Shown: positions 1 through 9,573, counted from the stretch's first letter. The stretch: DNA of 64,000 nucleotides from an uncultured virus (IMG/VR IMGVR_UViG_3300009159_007116) (IMGVR_UViG_3300009159_007116:1-64000), one strand, 5' to 3'. The notes: generated by a model not told the origin, from the letters alone. Program-made: numbers and translations.

Positions 1-74
1 GAGACAATGTTTTAGAGCTAACTAGTTATATTAAAGCGTTATCTGAATATTTATTTAGAAGCAAAGTTTATTAA
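1..74 (+). CDS. 3' end of a hypothetical protein (truncated by window start)
   Basis: Open frame DNVLELTSYIKALSEYLFRSKVY ending TAA 72-74, followed by RBS AAGGAG for the next gene. Confidence 0.55.
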   Translation, partial: DNVLELTSYIKALSEYLFRSKVY

Positions 75-86
75 AGGAGAACAATC

Positions 87-341
87 ATGACCCCCGAAGA
101 TCTTGACAAACTTATAAATGACCCCAAAACATGGGTGGTAAAAGAGTTTAACAACACTAGTAATATATATCTCCATCTTGAAGAGATTGAAATTTTAATT
201 ACTGGATTAAATTTATTAATTGGGCAAGAAATCGCAGGGCGAAATGTTATAGATTTGAGTTCGCATCATAAGCAAGGACAATTTAAAGAACTACTTGAAA
301 AGTTATACGCACTAGATGATCGAGAAAGGAGTAGGAACTAA
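87..341 (+). CDS. hypothetical protein
   Basis: 84-aa ORF, RBS AAGGAG upstream, TAATG coupling to next ORF. Confidence 0.8.
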   Translation: MTPEDLDKLINDPKTWVVKEFNNTSNIYLHLEEIEILITGLNLLIGQEIAGRNVIDLSSHHKQGQFKELLEKLYALDDRERSRN

Positions 342-601
342 TGAGGTATAATATTTTAGCAAATGGAGAAAAGGTAGCAACAATCGAAGCCGACTTTAAA
401 AGGGCAGAATGCCCATTAATACTAGATGGTGGGTCAACGCCATATCAAGTAGGCGATTTCAGCCACAATAAGGTTCAAGCTGCCGAAGCACTATTGCTAT
501 GGGATAAATTAACAACAGGCTATAATCGTGTTTCTATACTCACAGATGATGAGGGAGAAAGATATGTGCTGGCCGATATTAGTGTAGTTGAGAGTGTATA
601 A
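341..601 (+). CDS. hypothetical protein
   Basis: 86-aa ORF coupled by TAATG overlap. Confidence 0.75.
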   Translation: MRYNILANGEKVATIEADFKRAECPLILDGGSTPYQVGDFSHNKVQAAEALLLWDKLTTGYNRVSILTDDEGERYVLADISVVESV

Positions 602-623
602 AACTTTAAAAGGAGGTTATAAA

Positions 624-890
624 ATGACAGCAACAGAAAACAAACCAGAATCTAAGAAAGATAAAATTAGCGATGGGGCAATACTAGAAGCCCTATACAA
701 ACAAGTAGATAGAGTTGAAGATGTAATTCAAACATCTGTCGTAAATGTATATTCAAACAGATACAGAATCAACATTTGGCAATCTGTTGGTAATCCATTC
801 ATTCCTAAGTTGGGCAAGATAGTGGCTAGCTATTTTGTTTGTATAGATGAGCGAGGAAAATTAAAAATATTAGGAAGAATGAGTGAATAA
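624..890 (+). CDS. hypothetical protein (N-x-YRIN...SYF motif)
   Basis: Start moved to ATG 624 behind AGGAGG; motif recalls small Planctomycete hypothetical proteins (unverified). Confidence 0.75.
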   Translation: MTATENKPESKKDKISDGAILEALYKQVDRVEDVIQTSVVNVYSNRYRINIWQSVGNPFIPKLGKIVASYFVCIDERGKLKILGRMSE

Positions 891-911
891 TATTGGTCTT
901 GAAACGAATAA
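883..911 (+). promoter_or_regulatory. conserved bipartite promoter motif TGAAY-N16-CGAAYA, copy 1
   Basis: GTGAAT-15nt-ACGAATAA, same spacing as 6-7 other copies, directly before RBS AAGGAG. Confidence 0.7.
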
Positions 912-928
912 TAATAAGGAGTATGTCG

Positions 929-1246
929 ATGAAAAAATTAGAAAGTCAAAAACAATTATTTGAAGATGTCTTTGCAGTAGAGCATATCCATTCAAGTAAA
1001 AAGAAGTTAGTTATTCGTACAGATGTATTTGAAGATGGCATCATCGTGCAAAAGGTATCTGCCAATTGCACAATGCTTTATATCAACGACCTTGATTATA
1101 TGGCTAAAGGCGATGTTCTTGACGGAAGCATTCAGATAATTTTCTTTCCAATATCGGAAAAAGAATTGAACAAAAGATTTAAACTACTTGCTAACTCTAT
1201 TTTAAAAAAGGAGGAATTATGTGGTACGAAGACAGACAAAATTTAG
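929..1246 (+). CDS. hypothetical protein
   Basis: ATG 929 lies 7 nt after AAGGAG. Confidence 0.7.
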   Translation: MKKLESQKQLFEDVFAVEHIHSSKKKLVIRTDVFEDGIIVQKVSANCTMLYINDLDYMAKGDVLDGSIQIIFFPISEKELNKRFKLLANSILKKEELCGTKTDKI

Positions 1247-1425
1247 TGGCTCTGGCCAATTACCTTAAAGATGATGGAGAGTGGAGAGATTATAGCACTA
1301 AGGAGCATAAGGATGATCCTGCTAATCGAATGATCTACTTTCTTTCTAAGCCTTGGAAGTGGCAAGAAGAGTGGGAGCAATTTCAACAGAAAAGGAGTGA
1401 GGAACTATGTCAACAAAAATCATAA
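1219..1425 (+). CDS. hypothetical protein
   Basis: 68-aa ORF with RBS AGGAGG. Confidence 0.75.
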   Translation: MWYEDRQNLVALANYLKDDGEWRDYSTKEHKDDPANRMIYFLSKPWKWQEEWEQFQQKRSEELCQQKS

Positions 1426-1703
1426 CAAGGAAAAGAAAACAAACAGGTGAAGAACTAAAGGGTTGTACTTCTGCTCTACTATCTTCACTTAGAGAATCTT
1501 ACAGAATACTAAATGACTACTCTAACAACTTAGAGAAAACAGTATTGAGAACGCCATTAAACATTAACTCTTTGCAAAACGAAATTGAAAAATTAAACTT
1601 TGCATTTCAGAATTTAGTATGTTTATATGATCGTGATGAACAACTAGAAATTATAATGGAAGAACTTAAGAATGAAGTATCTGTACAACTAGCAAAAAGA
1701 TAA
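1407..1703 (+). CDS. hypothetical coiled-coil protein
   Basis: 98-aa ORF, RBS GAGG, helical composition. Confidence 0.7.
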   Translation: MSTKIITRKRKQTGEELKGCTSALLSSLRESYRILNDYSNNLEKTVLRTPLNINSLQNEIEKLNFAFQNLVCLYDRDEQLEIIMEELKNEVSVQLAKR

Positions 1704-1708
1704 TTTAT

Positions 1709-1737
1709 TTGAATAATTTCAATTGAATTACGAATAA
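1709..1737 (+). promoter_or_regulatory. bipartite promoter motif, copy 2
   Basis: TTGAAT-15nt-ACGAATAA in intergenic gap. Confidence 0.75.
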
Positions 1738-1770
1738 TAATATATACAATAAAATCACAAGGAGAGTCAT

Positions 1771-1872
1771 ATGTATCCATCAGACCCAACACACGGAACT
1801 TTTTGTTTGTTTATCTTATTGGCAGCATTTGCCATACAGATTATTGCTCTTAACTTTAATAAAGGAGGATGA
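1771..1872 (+). CDS. small single-pass membrane peptide (33 aa, not in ORF track)
   Basis: MYPSDPTHGTFCLFILLAAFAIQIIALNFNKGG; RBS AAGGAG; first ORF after promoter motif. Confidence 0.6.
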   Translation: MYPSDPTHGTFCLFILLAAFAIQIIALNFNKGG

Positions 1873-1873
1873 T

Positions 1874-2203
1874 ATGAAAAATAGAAGGATTAGCATTACA
1901 TCAAGCATTATCGAAGGCATTGAACGAATGGTGCATAGTAATTGCATTAATGAAAGTTATGCTGAATTCATCTTGGATTGGATTCAAAATATTAAAAGAT
2001 TTCCAATGCAAAAATATTCAGATATTCCACAAGAGCTACGCTTAAAATTAGACATTCTTAATAGTCAATACATTGATAAGAATGAAGAAAAAAATGGTCT
2101 TGTATATCATAAAAGTGTCTTAGATGCATTTATGTACATAACCAAAGTTAATGAAAGATATAAGGAAGTAGCTCCAATTGCTGCTGAAGTTGAACAGGAA
2201 TAA
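1874..2203 (+). CDS. hypothetical protein
   Basis: ATG 1874 after AAGGAGG. Confidence 0.75.
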   Translation: MKNRRISITSSIIEGIERMVHSNCINESYAEFILDWIQNIKRFPMQKYSDIPQELRLKLDILNSQYIDKNEEKNGLVYHKSVLDAFMYITKVNERYKEVAPIAAEVEQE

Positions 2204-2232
2204 TGTGCGTCTTTTCTAAACTAGGAGGGTTT

Positions 2233-2394
2233 ATGATGACTGCTAGGATTTTAATGTGCTTTGCTGCTATATGTGTGTTTGGATGCGGAACGATAGAGCA
2301 AAGCGTTTCTACTAGTATCAGTCCATATGACAGTAGAGAAATAGAAAAAATTAATGTGAGTTTTAAACACTATTATGTTTTTCCAGCTAGGTAA
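2233..2394 (+). CDS. putative small lipoprotein
   Basis: RBS AGGAGG; hydrophobic N-terminus ending in lipobox-like VFGC. Confidence 0.6.
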   Translation: MMTARILMCFAAICVFGCGTIEQSVSTSISPYDSREIEKINVSFKHYYVFPAR

Positions 2395-2397
2395 TTT

Positions 2398-2661
2398 ATG
2401 ACAATAGAAAAAAAGAAATTCATATCTGGTGATAATGGATTTATATATTCAATGTCTAAACCTAAATGGAAAAAGCACTTAAAGTTAATGCTTGCCCACA
2501 AACTATCTTTGTTAAAGAAGAAACATCTTCTAATGCCAGAGATCAATAAGGATGACATTAAGTTAATAGCCTATAATATATTTGATATATATAGGCTTAA
2601 GCAGGATGATTGTATTGATATAATTAAATCAGAAATTGTAAAACTAGGAGAACAAAAATGA
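2398..2661 (+). CDS. hypothetical protein
   Basis: 87-aa ORF, ATGA overlap with next gene. Confidence 0.65.
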   Translation: MTIEKKKFISGDNGFIYSMSKPKWKKHLKLMLAHKLSLLKKKHLLMPEINKDDIKLIAYNIFDIYRLKQDDCIDIIKSEIVKLGEQK

Positions 2662-2870
2662 AAATGTATGTAGTTGGTGGATATAAAGATGGAAAAATTC
2701 GTGTTGGTTTGCTCGACAAGGTTTGGAAAAGCAAAGCTGGAACTGAATTAGTTACCCTAAAGATTCTTGATCATTATAAAGAACATAAAACAGTTTATAG
2801 AACTTATCATAAAAAAGAATTAGATGTTATGAAAGTTTTAGATGTTGATGAAAAGGAAATTGAACAATGA
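2658..2870 (+). CDS. hypothetical protein
   Basis: 70-aa ORF, RBS AGGAG. Confidence 0.75.
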   Translation: MKMYVVGGYKDGKIRVGLLDKVWKSKAGTELVTLKILDHYKEHKTVYRTYHKKELDVMKVLDVDEKEIEQ

Positions 2871-3817
2871 GAATACTTATTACTGGCGGTTATGGGTTTC
2901 TTGGAAAGAGTATTTGTAACAATTTAAAGTTAAAAGGCATTAAAGAACTTACAAATATTGATGAATCTGGAGAAGGGTATTATAGATTTAGAAAAAAAGA
3001 CTTTGATATTATAGATAAACAACAATGTTTAGAGTTAATTAAAAGGTTTAATCCAGAAAAAATAATTCATGCAGCAGCAAAAGTTGGAGGTATAGGAGCA
3101 AATAAAAAATATCCTGCTGATTTTTTCTATGAAAATCTTATGATGGGAGTTAATTTAATAGACTCATGTAAAAATACAAGTATTAATAAAATAATTTTAG
3201 TTGGAACAGTTTGTTCTTATCCAAAAATAACTCCTGTGCCGTTTAAAGAGTCAAATTTGTGGGATGGTTATCCAGAAGAAACGAATGCTGGATATGGAAT
3301 AGCAAAAAAAACAATTCTTACTCAAGCTATATCATATAAACAACAATATGGAATTGATTTTACATATCTTCTTATGGTAAATTTATATGGAATTGGAGAT
3401 AACTTTGATGATCAAAGCTCTCATGTTATTCCTGCATTAATAAAGAAATTTGTTAACGCTAAAAAAAATAATTTAAATTCTGTAGAAGTTTGGGGAACAG
3501 GTAATGCTACTAGAGAATTTTTATATGTAGATGATGCATCAGAAGCAATAGTAAGATCAGTTGATAAATGCGGATCTTTTGAACCAATGAATATAGGCAA
3601 CGGATTTGAAGTAACAATCAAACAAATTACCTCTATAATAAAAACAATTGTTGGATATAATGGAGAAATTGTGTTTAATACAAATTATCCAGATGGTCAA
3701 CCAAGAAGATGTCTAGATACAACTTTATCAAAACAAAATCTAGGTGATTATGCAAACACAAGTCTTTACGAAGGACTAAAGAAAACAATTGAATGGTATT
3801 TGGATTTTAAAAAATGA
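2867..3817 (+). CDS. fcl: GDP-L-fucose synthase / GDP-L-colitose synthase family epimerase-reductase
   Basis: TGGYGFLG Rossmann motif, AAKVGGIGAN, YGIAK catalytic motif, SHVIPAL, WGTG-x-ATREF, PDGQPRR. Confidence 0.9.
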   Translation: MRILITGGYGFLGKSICNNLKLKGIKELTNIDESGEGYYRFRKKDFDIIDKQQCLELIKRFNPEKIIHAAAKVGGIGANKKYPADFFYENLMMGVNLIDSCKNTSINKIILVGTVCSYPKITPVPFKESNLWDGYPEETNAGYGIAKKTILTQAISYKQQYGIDFTYLLMVNLYGIGDNFDDQSSHVIPALIKKFVNAKKNNLNSVEVWGTGNATREFLYVDDASEAIVRSVDKCGSFEPMNIGNGFEVTIKQITSIIKTIVGYNGEIVFNTNYPDGQPRRCLDTTLSKQNLGDYANTSLYEGLKKTIEWYLDFKK

Positions 3818-4587
3818 TCAAAGTACAAACACAAGCTATTCGTGGCGATGAATATCACAGAGGAATTTTTTCTTTTGTAGATCAATTTCTTTCAAACTGT
3901 AAGTATTTTTATGATTTAAAAATTAATTTTAAAATGAATTTTGATTTAAATAAAAAAACAGGTTATTACGATACAGAATACAAAAAAACAGATAATGTTT
4001 GGGAATATTACTTCAATAAAAATTTTGAAGAACAACCAGATCAAATAGTAGAATGGATTGGAAACTATGATTATCATTATGAATTTAATTACAACGATCA
4101 AGAAAAAAGATTTATTTGCAAGGAATTAATAGAAAAACACTTAAGTATAAAGAATGAAATAATTTTAATTGCTAATTCATTCTATCGGAATAACATTAAA
4201 AAAAATAGTTTAGGGGTTCATGTTCGTGGAACAGATATAGAAATACATCATCAAAAAATAAAGTTTGAAAAGTATTTTAAAGAAATAGATGCTCTTTTAA
4301 ATCAATACGAAACAATATTTTTATGTTCAGATGAATATCAAACAATAGATGTTTTTAAAAACAAATATGGAAATAAAATAATTACATATGAATCAAAAAC
4401 ATTATCAAAAAACAATGTTCTACCTGAGTACAAACAAAATGGAAAAAATAAATATAAAATGGGTGAAGATGTTATTGTTGAATCTTTACTTTTAAGTAAA
4501 ACAGATTTTTTACTAAAAGGTAAATCTAATATGTCAAATTTTTCATTGTTATATAATCCACTATTACAATTTAAAAATTTACAATGA
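3814..4587 (+). CDS. fucosyltransferase-like glycosyltransferase (NodZ/GT23-like)
   Basis: GVHVRGTD, IFLCSDE and LLSKTDFLLKGKSNMS match fucosyltransferase motifs I-III. Confidence 0.75.
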   Translation: MIKVQTQAIRGDEYHRGIFSFVDQFLSNCKYFYDLKINFKMNFDLNKKTGYYDTEYKKTDNVWEYYFNKNFEEQPDQIVEWIGNYDYHYEFNYNDQEKRFICKELIEKHLSIKNEIILIANSFYRNNIKKNSLGVHVRGTDIEIHHQKIKFEKYFKEIDALLNQYETIFLCSDEYQTIDVFKNKYGNKIITYESKTLSKNNVLPEYKQNGKNKYKMGEDVIVESLLLSKTDFLLKGKSNMSNFSLLYNPLLQFKNLQ

Positions 4588-4593
4588 GGCTTT

Positions 4594-5757
4594 ATGATAT
4601 CTTTAGCAAGTGACAGCATAACAAAAGAAGACATAAAAAATCTTGTTGAATGGTTGTCTCAAGAAAAAATACCTAAGTTAACTAAAGGACATTTAACAGT
4701 TGAGCTTGAAGAAAAATGGGCAAAAAAAGTTGGTTCAAAATATTCTGTATTTGTTAATTCTGGATCTTCTTCAATACTTTTAACTTTAGCAGCATTAAAA
4801 GAATCTGGAAAATTAAAAAATTTAAAAATAATAGTTCCGGCATTAAGTTGGGCAACAGATGTAAGTTCTCCAATGATACTTGGTTATGAAACTATAATGT
4901 GCGATTGCAACTTGCAAGATTTGTCTTGCGACTTAAATCATTTAGAACAAATCTTTAAAAAAGAAAAACCATCTTTATTTATACTAGTTTCTGTTCTTGG
5001 ATTAGTTCCAAATATGAAACAAGTAAATGAATTGTGTAAAAAGTACGATGTTATATTGTTAGAAGATGCATGTGAATCTATGGGTTCTAAGTATGAAAAT
5101 AAATACCTTGGTTCGTTTGGTTTAGCTTCGTTTTATTCAATGTATTTTGGTCATCATATATCAACTATAGAAGGTGGATTTATAAACACAAATGAAGAAT
5201 GGCTTTATCATTTATTGTTAATGATGAGAAGTCATGGTTGGGATAGAGATCTTTCAAAAGAAAAAAGAGATCAATTAAGAAAAGAAAATGATTGCTCAGA
5301 ATTTAACGCACTTTATAACTTTTACTATCCAGGATTTAATTTAAGATCAACAGACTTGCAAGCATTTATAGGTATAAGAGCTATAGATAAATTAGATGAA
5401 TATGCAAATATAAGAAATAGAAATTTTAACATGTATATGAAATTTTTAACTAATAACGAATTAAATTTAATTTGTAGAGAAGAAGATTTTATTTCAAGTT
5501 TAGCTATGCCGTTTATGCACAAAAATAAAAATAAAATTGTTAATTTGTTAAGAGAAAAAAATATAGAAATAAGACCATTGATTGCTGGAAATATGGCAAA
5601 AAAACCTATGTGGAAAAATAAAAGTGAAGGAATTGTAAATTGTGAACTAATAGATTTGTTTGGTTTTTATCTTCCTAATCATCAAGACTTATCAGAAAAC
5701 GATGTTAAAACTGTATGTTCAATTTGCACTCAGGCCACTCTCTCCACCAATTCTTAG
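4594..5757 (+). CDS. DegT/DnrJ-family PLP enzyme, ColD-like NDP-4-keto-6-deoxysugar 3-dehydratase
   Basis: VNSGSS, LEDACES, SMYFGHHISTIEGG (His where aminotransferases have the Schiff-base Lys), RSHGW. Confidence 0.8.
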   Translation: MISLASDSITKEDIKNLVEWLSQEKIPKLTKGHLTVELEEKWAKKVGSKYSVFVNSGSSSILLTLAALKESGKLKNLKIIVPALSWATDVSSPMILGYETIMCDCNLQDLSCDLNHLEQIFKKEKPSLFILVSVLGLVPNMKQVNELCKKYDVILLEDACESMGSKYENKYLGSFGLASFYSMYFGHHISTIEGGFINTNEEWLYHLLLMMRSHGWDRDLSKEKRDQLRKENDCSEFNALYNFYYPGFNLRSTDLQAFIGIRAIDKLDEYANIRNRNFNMYMKFLTNNELNLICREEDFISSLAMPFMHKNKNKIVNLLREKNIEIRPLIAGNMAKKPMWKNKSEGIVNCELIDLFGFYLPNHQDLSENDVKTVCSICTQATLSTNS

Positions 5758-6721
5758 TAGATGTATCACAATCATATCCATTCCAAGAATATGGGCCATT
5801 TTGAATAAAGTTTTTTCCTTTTGAAGAATCCATAAATAAAAAACAGTCTTTTTTATTGTTTAAAAATCTTTGTCTATGTACATAAGAAGAAAATGTGCTT
5901 CCTGGGGTTCCAATAAAATAATCTGATTCACACATAATTAAAAGAGATATTAATCCTAAAACAACATTGTCATGAAATTCTAATTCTAAAAATTCTTTTT
6001 TAAAAAAATTTAATATTATTTCATCAACAAGTAAGCATTCTTTTTTAAATTCTTTTTTGATTAAATCAACATCATCAGTTGAAAATACAAGCCTATTATT
6101 TTTTTCTTTTATTTGATTTAAAAATTTAAGTCTGTTTTCACTCGTTGCAAAATAGTTTTGAGAATGATCTGTTAGTCTAAAGTGTATAGATGAAAAATTT
6201 CCTATTTGATATGCTATTTTTTTAGCTAAATTTATATATGGATCTTTAAATTTTAATTTGCTTAAAAATATATCAAGTTCTTTAGGTCTATTATAAAAAA
6301 ATCTGCTGTAAAAAGCAAAACAGGTCTTATGAAAAAAATTTTTTGTTGTTTTGTTTAGAGTTAACTTAGCCCTATCTTCAGCAAAACTATTTTCATTTTC
6401 TCCATCATTACATTTGTAATATAAACCAATGATATGTTCATGAATAGTACACGATGTTTGTGAAGCATTGTTGATTAATGAATAATCAATAGAATCTGGA
6501 ATATCAATCAACTGAAAAATATTTGGTTTAAAAGATTCACCTATTTCTTTTATGTTCATTGTTTTTACTGGGGGCAAAAAAATACTACCATAACTTTTAT
6601 TTGAATAATCAAAAAATTTTATATGTGATTTTTCTAAAAAAGAAATGCCCGCACCTATTTCAACTGACATAAGTTGATTTATTAATCCAGCATTATGAAT
6701 TTGCCACAATATGTCATTCAT
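5705..6721 (-). CDS. O-fucosyltransferase-family protein (POFUT-like)
   Basis: AGLINQL, SIHFRLTD, FSTDD, FIGTPGSTFS. Confidence 0.75.
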   Translation of the reverse strand: MNDILWQIHNAGLINQLMSVEIGAGISFLEKSHIKFFDYSNKSYGSIFLPPVKTMNIKEIGESFKPNIFQLIDIPDSIDYSLINNASQTSCTIHEHIIGLYYKCNDGENENSFAEDRAKLTLNKTTKNFFHKTCFAFYSRFFYNRPKELDIFLSKLKFKDPYINLAKKIAYQIGNFSSIHFRLTDHSQNYFATSENRLKFLNQIKEKNNRLVFSTDDVDLIKKEFKKECLLVDEIILNFFKKEFLELEFHDNVVLGLISLLIMCESDYFIGTPGSTFSSYVHRQRFLNNKKDCFLFMDSSKGKNFIQNGPYSWNGYDCDTSTKNWWREWPECKLNIQF

Positions 6722-7506
6722 GAAAATATATTTACCCTATTCCAATTTTCTTTTGTTATATCATTTTGAATATTATTAGGTTCTGGTGCAATAGATCTCC
6801 ACCAACTGTTAGGGCATGTTATAAAATCTTTTCCACTTAAATAAGCACCCATCCAAGAAAATGAAGAATTTGCAATTATATGACTACTGCATTTAGTCAT
6901 CATATACAATGAAACATATTCGTTTTTATTTATTATATGAAAATTTTTTCTGTTTTTAAAATAGTTTTTAACAAAATCAACATCGTCAGAAAAAACAAGA
7001 ACATCTTGATCTGATGGAATGTGTTGTGTAGCAACTTCGTAATATCCAGTTTCTATTAAATTTCCAAAAAAATTAATGTTTAAATAATCTGTTCTTCTAA
7101 CATGAATACTAATTGGATTTTTAAAATTAGAAAGTTCTTTATCTCCATCTTTTATTATGTTTTCTTTAAAGTTCAATGTTTCTATTAATTCTTTTTTATA
7201 ATTATCAAAATACAAGTACGATTGAAAATAACCATGAAAAATTGTGTTGTCTTTATAATTTAATATTGATGGATCAAAGTTACACGAACCTTTTGTTTCT
7301 ACGCAAACATTAAGATTTTTATTCTCTATAAAATCAAATATCTTGACTTTATTAATGTCAAAACAATTCCAGAACTGACAACCATTATTTAATGGAAGAT
7401 GTATTTCATATCCTTTTGATTTATGTATACTGAACAAAAGTGCAAATTGAAATATTTGATTACCAAGTCTGCCCATTGCAGGACCAAATAAACTTATTGT
7501 TATCAT
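6718..7506 (-). CDS. alpha-1,2-fucosyl/colitosyltransferase (GT11)
   Basis: GRLGNQIFQ, GYFQS, SIHVRRTDY, FSDD, IIANSSFSW; start placed at ATG 7506. Confidence 0.88.
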   Translation of the reverse strand: MITISLFGPAMGRLGNQIFQFALLFSIHKSKGYEIHLPLNNGCQFWNCFDINKVKIFDFIENKNLNVCVETKGSCNFDPSILNYKDNTIFHGYFQSYLYFDNYKKELIETLNFKENIIKDGDKELSNFKNPISIHVRRTDYLNINFFGNLIETGYYEVATQHIPSDQDVLVFSDDVDFVKNYFKNRKNFHIINKNEYVSLYMMTKCSSHIIANSSFSWMGAYLSGKDFITCPNSWWRSIAPEPNNIQNDITKENWNRVNIFS

Positions 7507-7522
7507 TTTATATAATCCAAGA

Positions 7523-8005
7523 TTATGAATCCTGCGATAGTTGTTTAGCCATATACTCAGCATGTTTTTGTTCAAACTCTAATATCTTATCTGCTGGCCC
7601 AACATAAGTAAACTTATCACTATTGTAGTGTCTTATCATAGTCATCATGGTTGATTTAAGCCAATTGATTACTTTTTGACAATCGCTGCTATATATAGCA
7701 TTTGGCCATACCTCTTGCCCCATCAGTATATCTATTCCTAAGTCATTGTTTTTGGCAGAAACAGGGTAGAACATCAAACCCAAATTGTTTGGCTTTAAAC
7801 TTTCTTTATTTGGCATAAGACCTAGAATATAAGAACAATCCCATGTCCTACAGCTATGTGGTCTAGATTCATAAATACCACAACCACCACCCTCTGCTCT
7901 ATGATCACAATTCTTATATGTTTTTTTATTGATTTCTTTCACTTCCAATATGTTGCAACACACATCACAATCACCACAAGACCTTTCGCTCATAGGAAGT
8001 TCCAT
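7523..8005 (-). CDS. YkgJ-family cysteine-cluster protein
   Basis: CGDCDVCC...CDH...CGIYESRPHSCRTWDC; RBS AAGGAG. Confidence 0.75.
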   Translation of the reverse strand: MELPMSERSCGDCDVCCNILEVKEINKKTYKNCDHRAEGGGCGIYESRPHSCRTWDCSYILGLMPNKESLKPNNLGLMFYPVSAKNNDLGIDILMGQEVWPNAIYSSDCQKVINWLKSTMMTMIRHYNSDKFTYVGPADKILEFEQKHAEYMAKQLSQDS

Positions 8006-8073
8006 CATAACTCCTTGCAACAAAACACATTAGTGTTAAACTATAATAAAAGTATAATCAAAAGGGAGAGGAT

Positions 8074-8604
8074 ATGTTATTATTTTTAGAAAAAATACTT
8101 CTTGGTTTAATGCCATTTGTATTTAGCAGAATAGCATTTCATTTAACATCTAATAACATTAATGATTATATAAGATATTGCTGTGTTTATTTGTTTTATT
8201 TGTCGATAAAAAGAATAAACGACCAAGACATAATCAAATCATATGTAAACAACGACAACAATCAAATGACTAGAGTTAAGCATTCGCTGCTTTATGCAAC
8301 TACAGTATTTGTGTTGATGATAGTTTCATTTCAATATTATCATTGGACATTCAATATTTCTTTTTTAATTTCTTTTATATCCCTAAACATATTTTGGAGA
8401 TTTAAGGATATGTACAACAAATATGAAATAGGGTATTTTGCTTCTAATTTGTTTAACGCATCTTATACATTATCATTTATGATTTCATCTTGGTTTTTAT
8501 GCCAAGAAACAGTAAGCTTTCATTATTGTGTTGGATCATTAATAACTGCATACTTATGCTCAAATTCAATGATAAATAAGCTTATTTTCAATAGAATTAT
8601 TTGA
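8074..8604 (+). CDS. multi-pass membrane protein
   Basis: Several hydrophobic segments; RBS GGAGAGG. Confidence 0.6.
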   Translation: MLLFLEKILLGLMPFVFSRIAFHLTSNNINDYIRYCCVYLFYLSIKRINDQDIIKSYVNNDNNQMTRVKHSLLYATTVFVLMIVSFQYYHWTFNISFLISFISLNIFWRFKDMYNKYEIGYFASNLFNASYTLSFMISSWFLCQETVSFHYCVGSLITAYLCSNSMINKLIFNRII

Positions 8605-8629
8605 ACTAATGTGTGTTAAGAACGAATAA
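8601..8629 (+). promoter_or_regulatory. bipartite promoter motif, copy 3
   Basis: TTGAAC-15nt-ACGAATAA. Confidence 0.75.
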
Positions 8630-8673
8630 CATAGTATGGAAACAACACTTTACTTTAACGCAAGGAGATACAT

Positions 8674-9075
8674 ATGGACACAACAGCAAAGATCAAAATT
8701 AATGGCAAGAGTTATATGATTTTTTTAAGTGATGACACCATAAATGTTTTACTTAAAAACAAAGTGGCAGCAAAAGATATTGCCAAAAAGTATATTGACT
8801 CACAATTTACTGTAAAAGGCGTTTGTCATTACGATAAAGTTGGAAGTGCTAATGTTTGTATTCTAACTATTAAGGCACATGATGCAGAAACAAACAATGA
8901 ACTTAGCTGTTTTGTAATGAATACACTTGGCAATTACAAAGAACTTAGGCCAGTATCTCCAAACAAATGGAGTGTTGAGCTAGAATGTGGCCACAGGGCT
9001 ATCATAGATGATACTGTTGACAAAATTAACAGCGAACATATTGTTGAATGCTTTAAATGTAAGGGGAAAAAATAA
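8674..9075 (+). CDS. hypothetical protein with C-terminal Zn-binding domain
   Basis: WSVELECGH...CFKC; RBS AAGGAG. Confidence 0.75.
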   Translation: MDTTAKIKINGKSYMIFLSDDTINVLLKNKVAAKDIAKKYIDSQFTVKGVCHYDKVGSANVCILTIKAHDAETNNELSCFVMNTLGNYKELRPVSPNKWSVELECGHRAIIDDTVDKINSEHIVECFKCKGKK

Positions 9076-9275
9076 TGAATGAATTAGACACTCTAAAAGA
9101 ATTTAATTGGCAATTGCAACATTTCTTTACATTGCAAGACGAAAGAATTAAAAAGCTTGAAGAGGCCATAAGAACTCATCAATCAGAAATGCAAAATCAT
9201 TGGGCTAATCTAAGCATAGATGAAAGACAAGTTCCTGACTGGGATACAAACAAAAAACTATGGGATTCTTTGTAA
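9075..9275 (+). CDS. hypothetical protein
   Basis: 66-aa ORF, TAATG coupling. Confidence 0.7.
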   Translation: MNELDTLKEFNWQLQHFFTLQDERIKKLEEAIRTHQSEMQNHWANLSIDERQVPDWDTNKKLWDSL

Positions 9276-9302
9276 AAAACAATATTTCGGGTATTTACTT
9301 AT

Positions 9303-9449
9303 ATGGATACCAACGATTCATATAAAATTGTATTTACAAATGAAATGCTTAAATCTATTGGTATAGATACAAATAGCGATGATATTGAAGTAGAAATAAC
9401 AATAGAAAATGGAAGCATTAAAGTTTGCAGAAAAGAAGATGCTATCTAA
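9303..9449 (+). CDS. AbrB/MazE-like swapped-hairpin DNA-binding protein (48 aa, not in ORF track)
   Basis: MDTNDSYKIVFTNEMLKSIGIDTNSDDIEVEITIENGSIKVCRKEDAI follows the AbrB beta-alpha-beta-beta pattern. Confidence 0.55.
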   Translation: MDTNDSYKIVFTNEMLKSIGIDTNSDDIEVEITIENGSIKVCRKEDAI

Positions 9450-9558
9450 CAATTACCTTTGTGCATTTTTTCAATATGTATGTTATGTAATAGTATATCT
9501 TCTTATAATGAAATTAATAAAAGAAATATTAAATGAAGATTCAGATGAATATTTTTAA
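9439..9558 (+). CDS. small membrane peptide (39 aa)
   Basis: MLSNNYLCAFFQYVCYVIVYLLIMKLIKEILNEDSDEYF; overlaps previous stop and fills the gap. Confidence 0.4.
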   Translation: MLSNNYLCAFFQYVCYVIVYLLIMKLIKEILNEDSDEYF

Positions 9559-9573
9559 GTTTTAAACGAATAA
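9545..9573 (+). promoter_or_regulatory. bipartite promoter motif, copy 4
   Basis: ATGAAT-15nt-ACGAATAA. Confidence 0.7.

Noticed and set aside
9..20. GTTTTAGAGCTA, identical to the start of the S. pyogenes Cas9 repeat/sgRNA scaffold
   Set aside because: Single 12-mer inside an open frame (VLEL); the rest of the repeat is absent, there is no second copy and no cas genes. A chance match.
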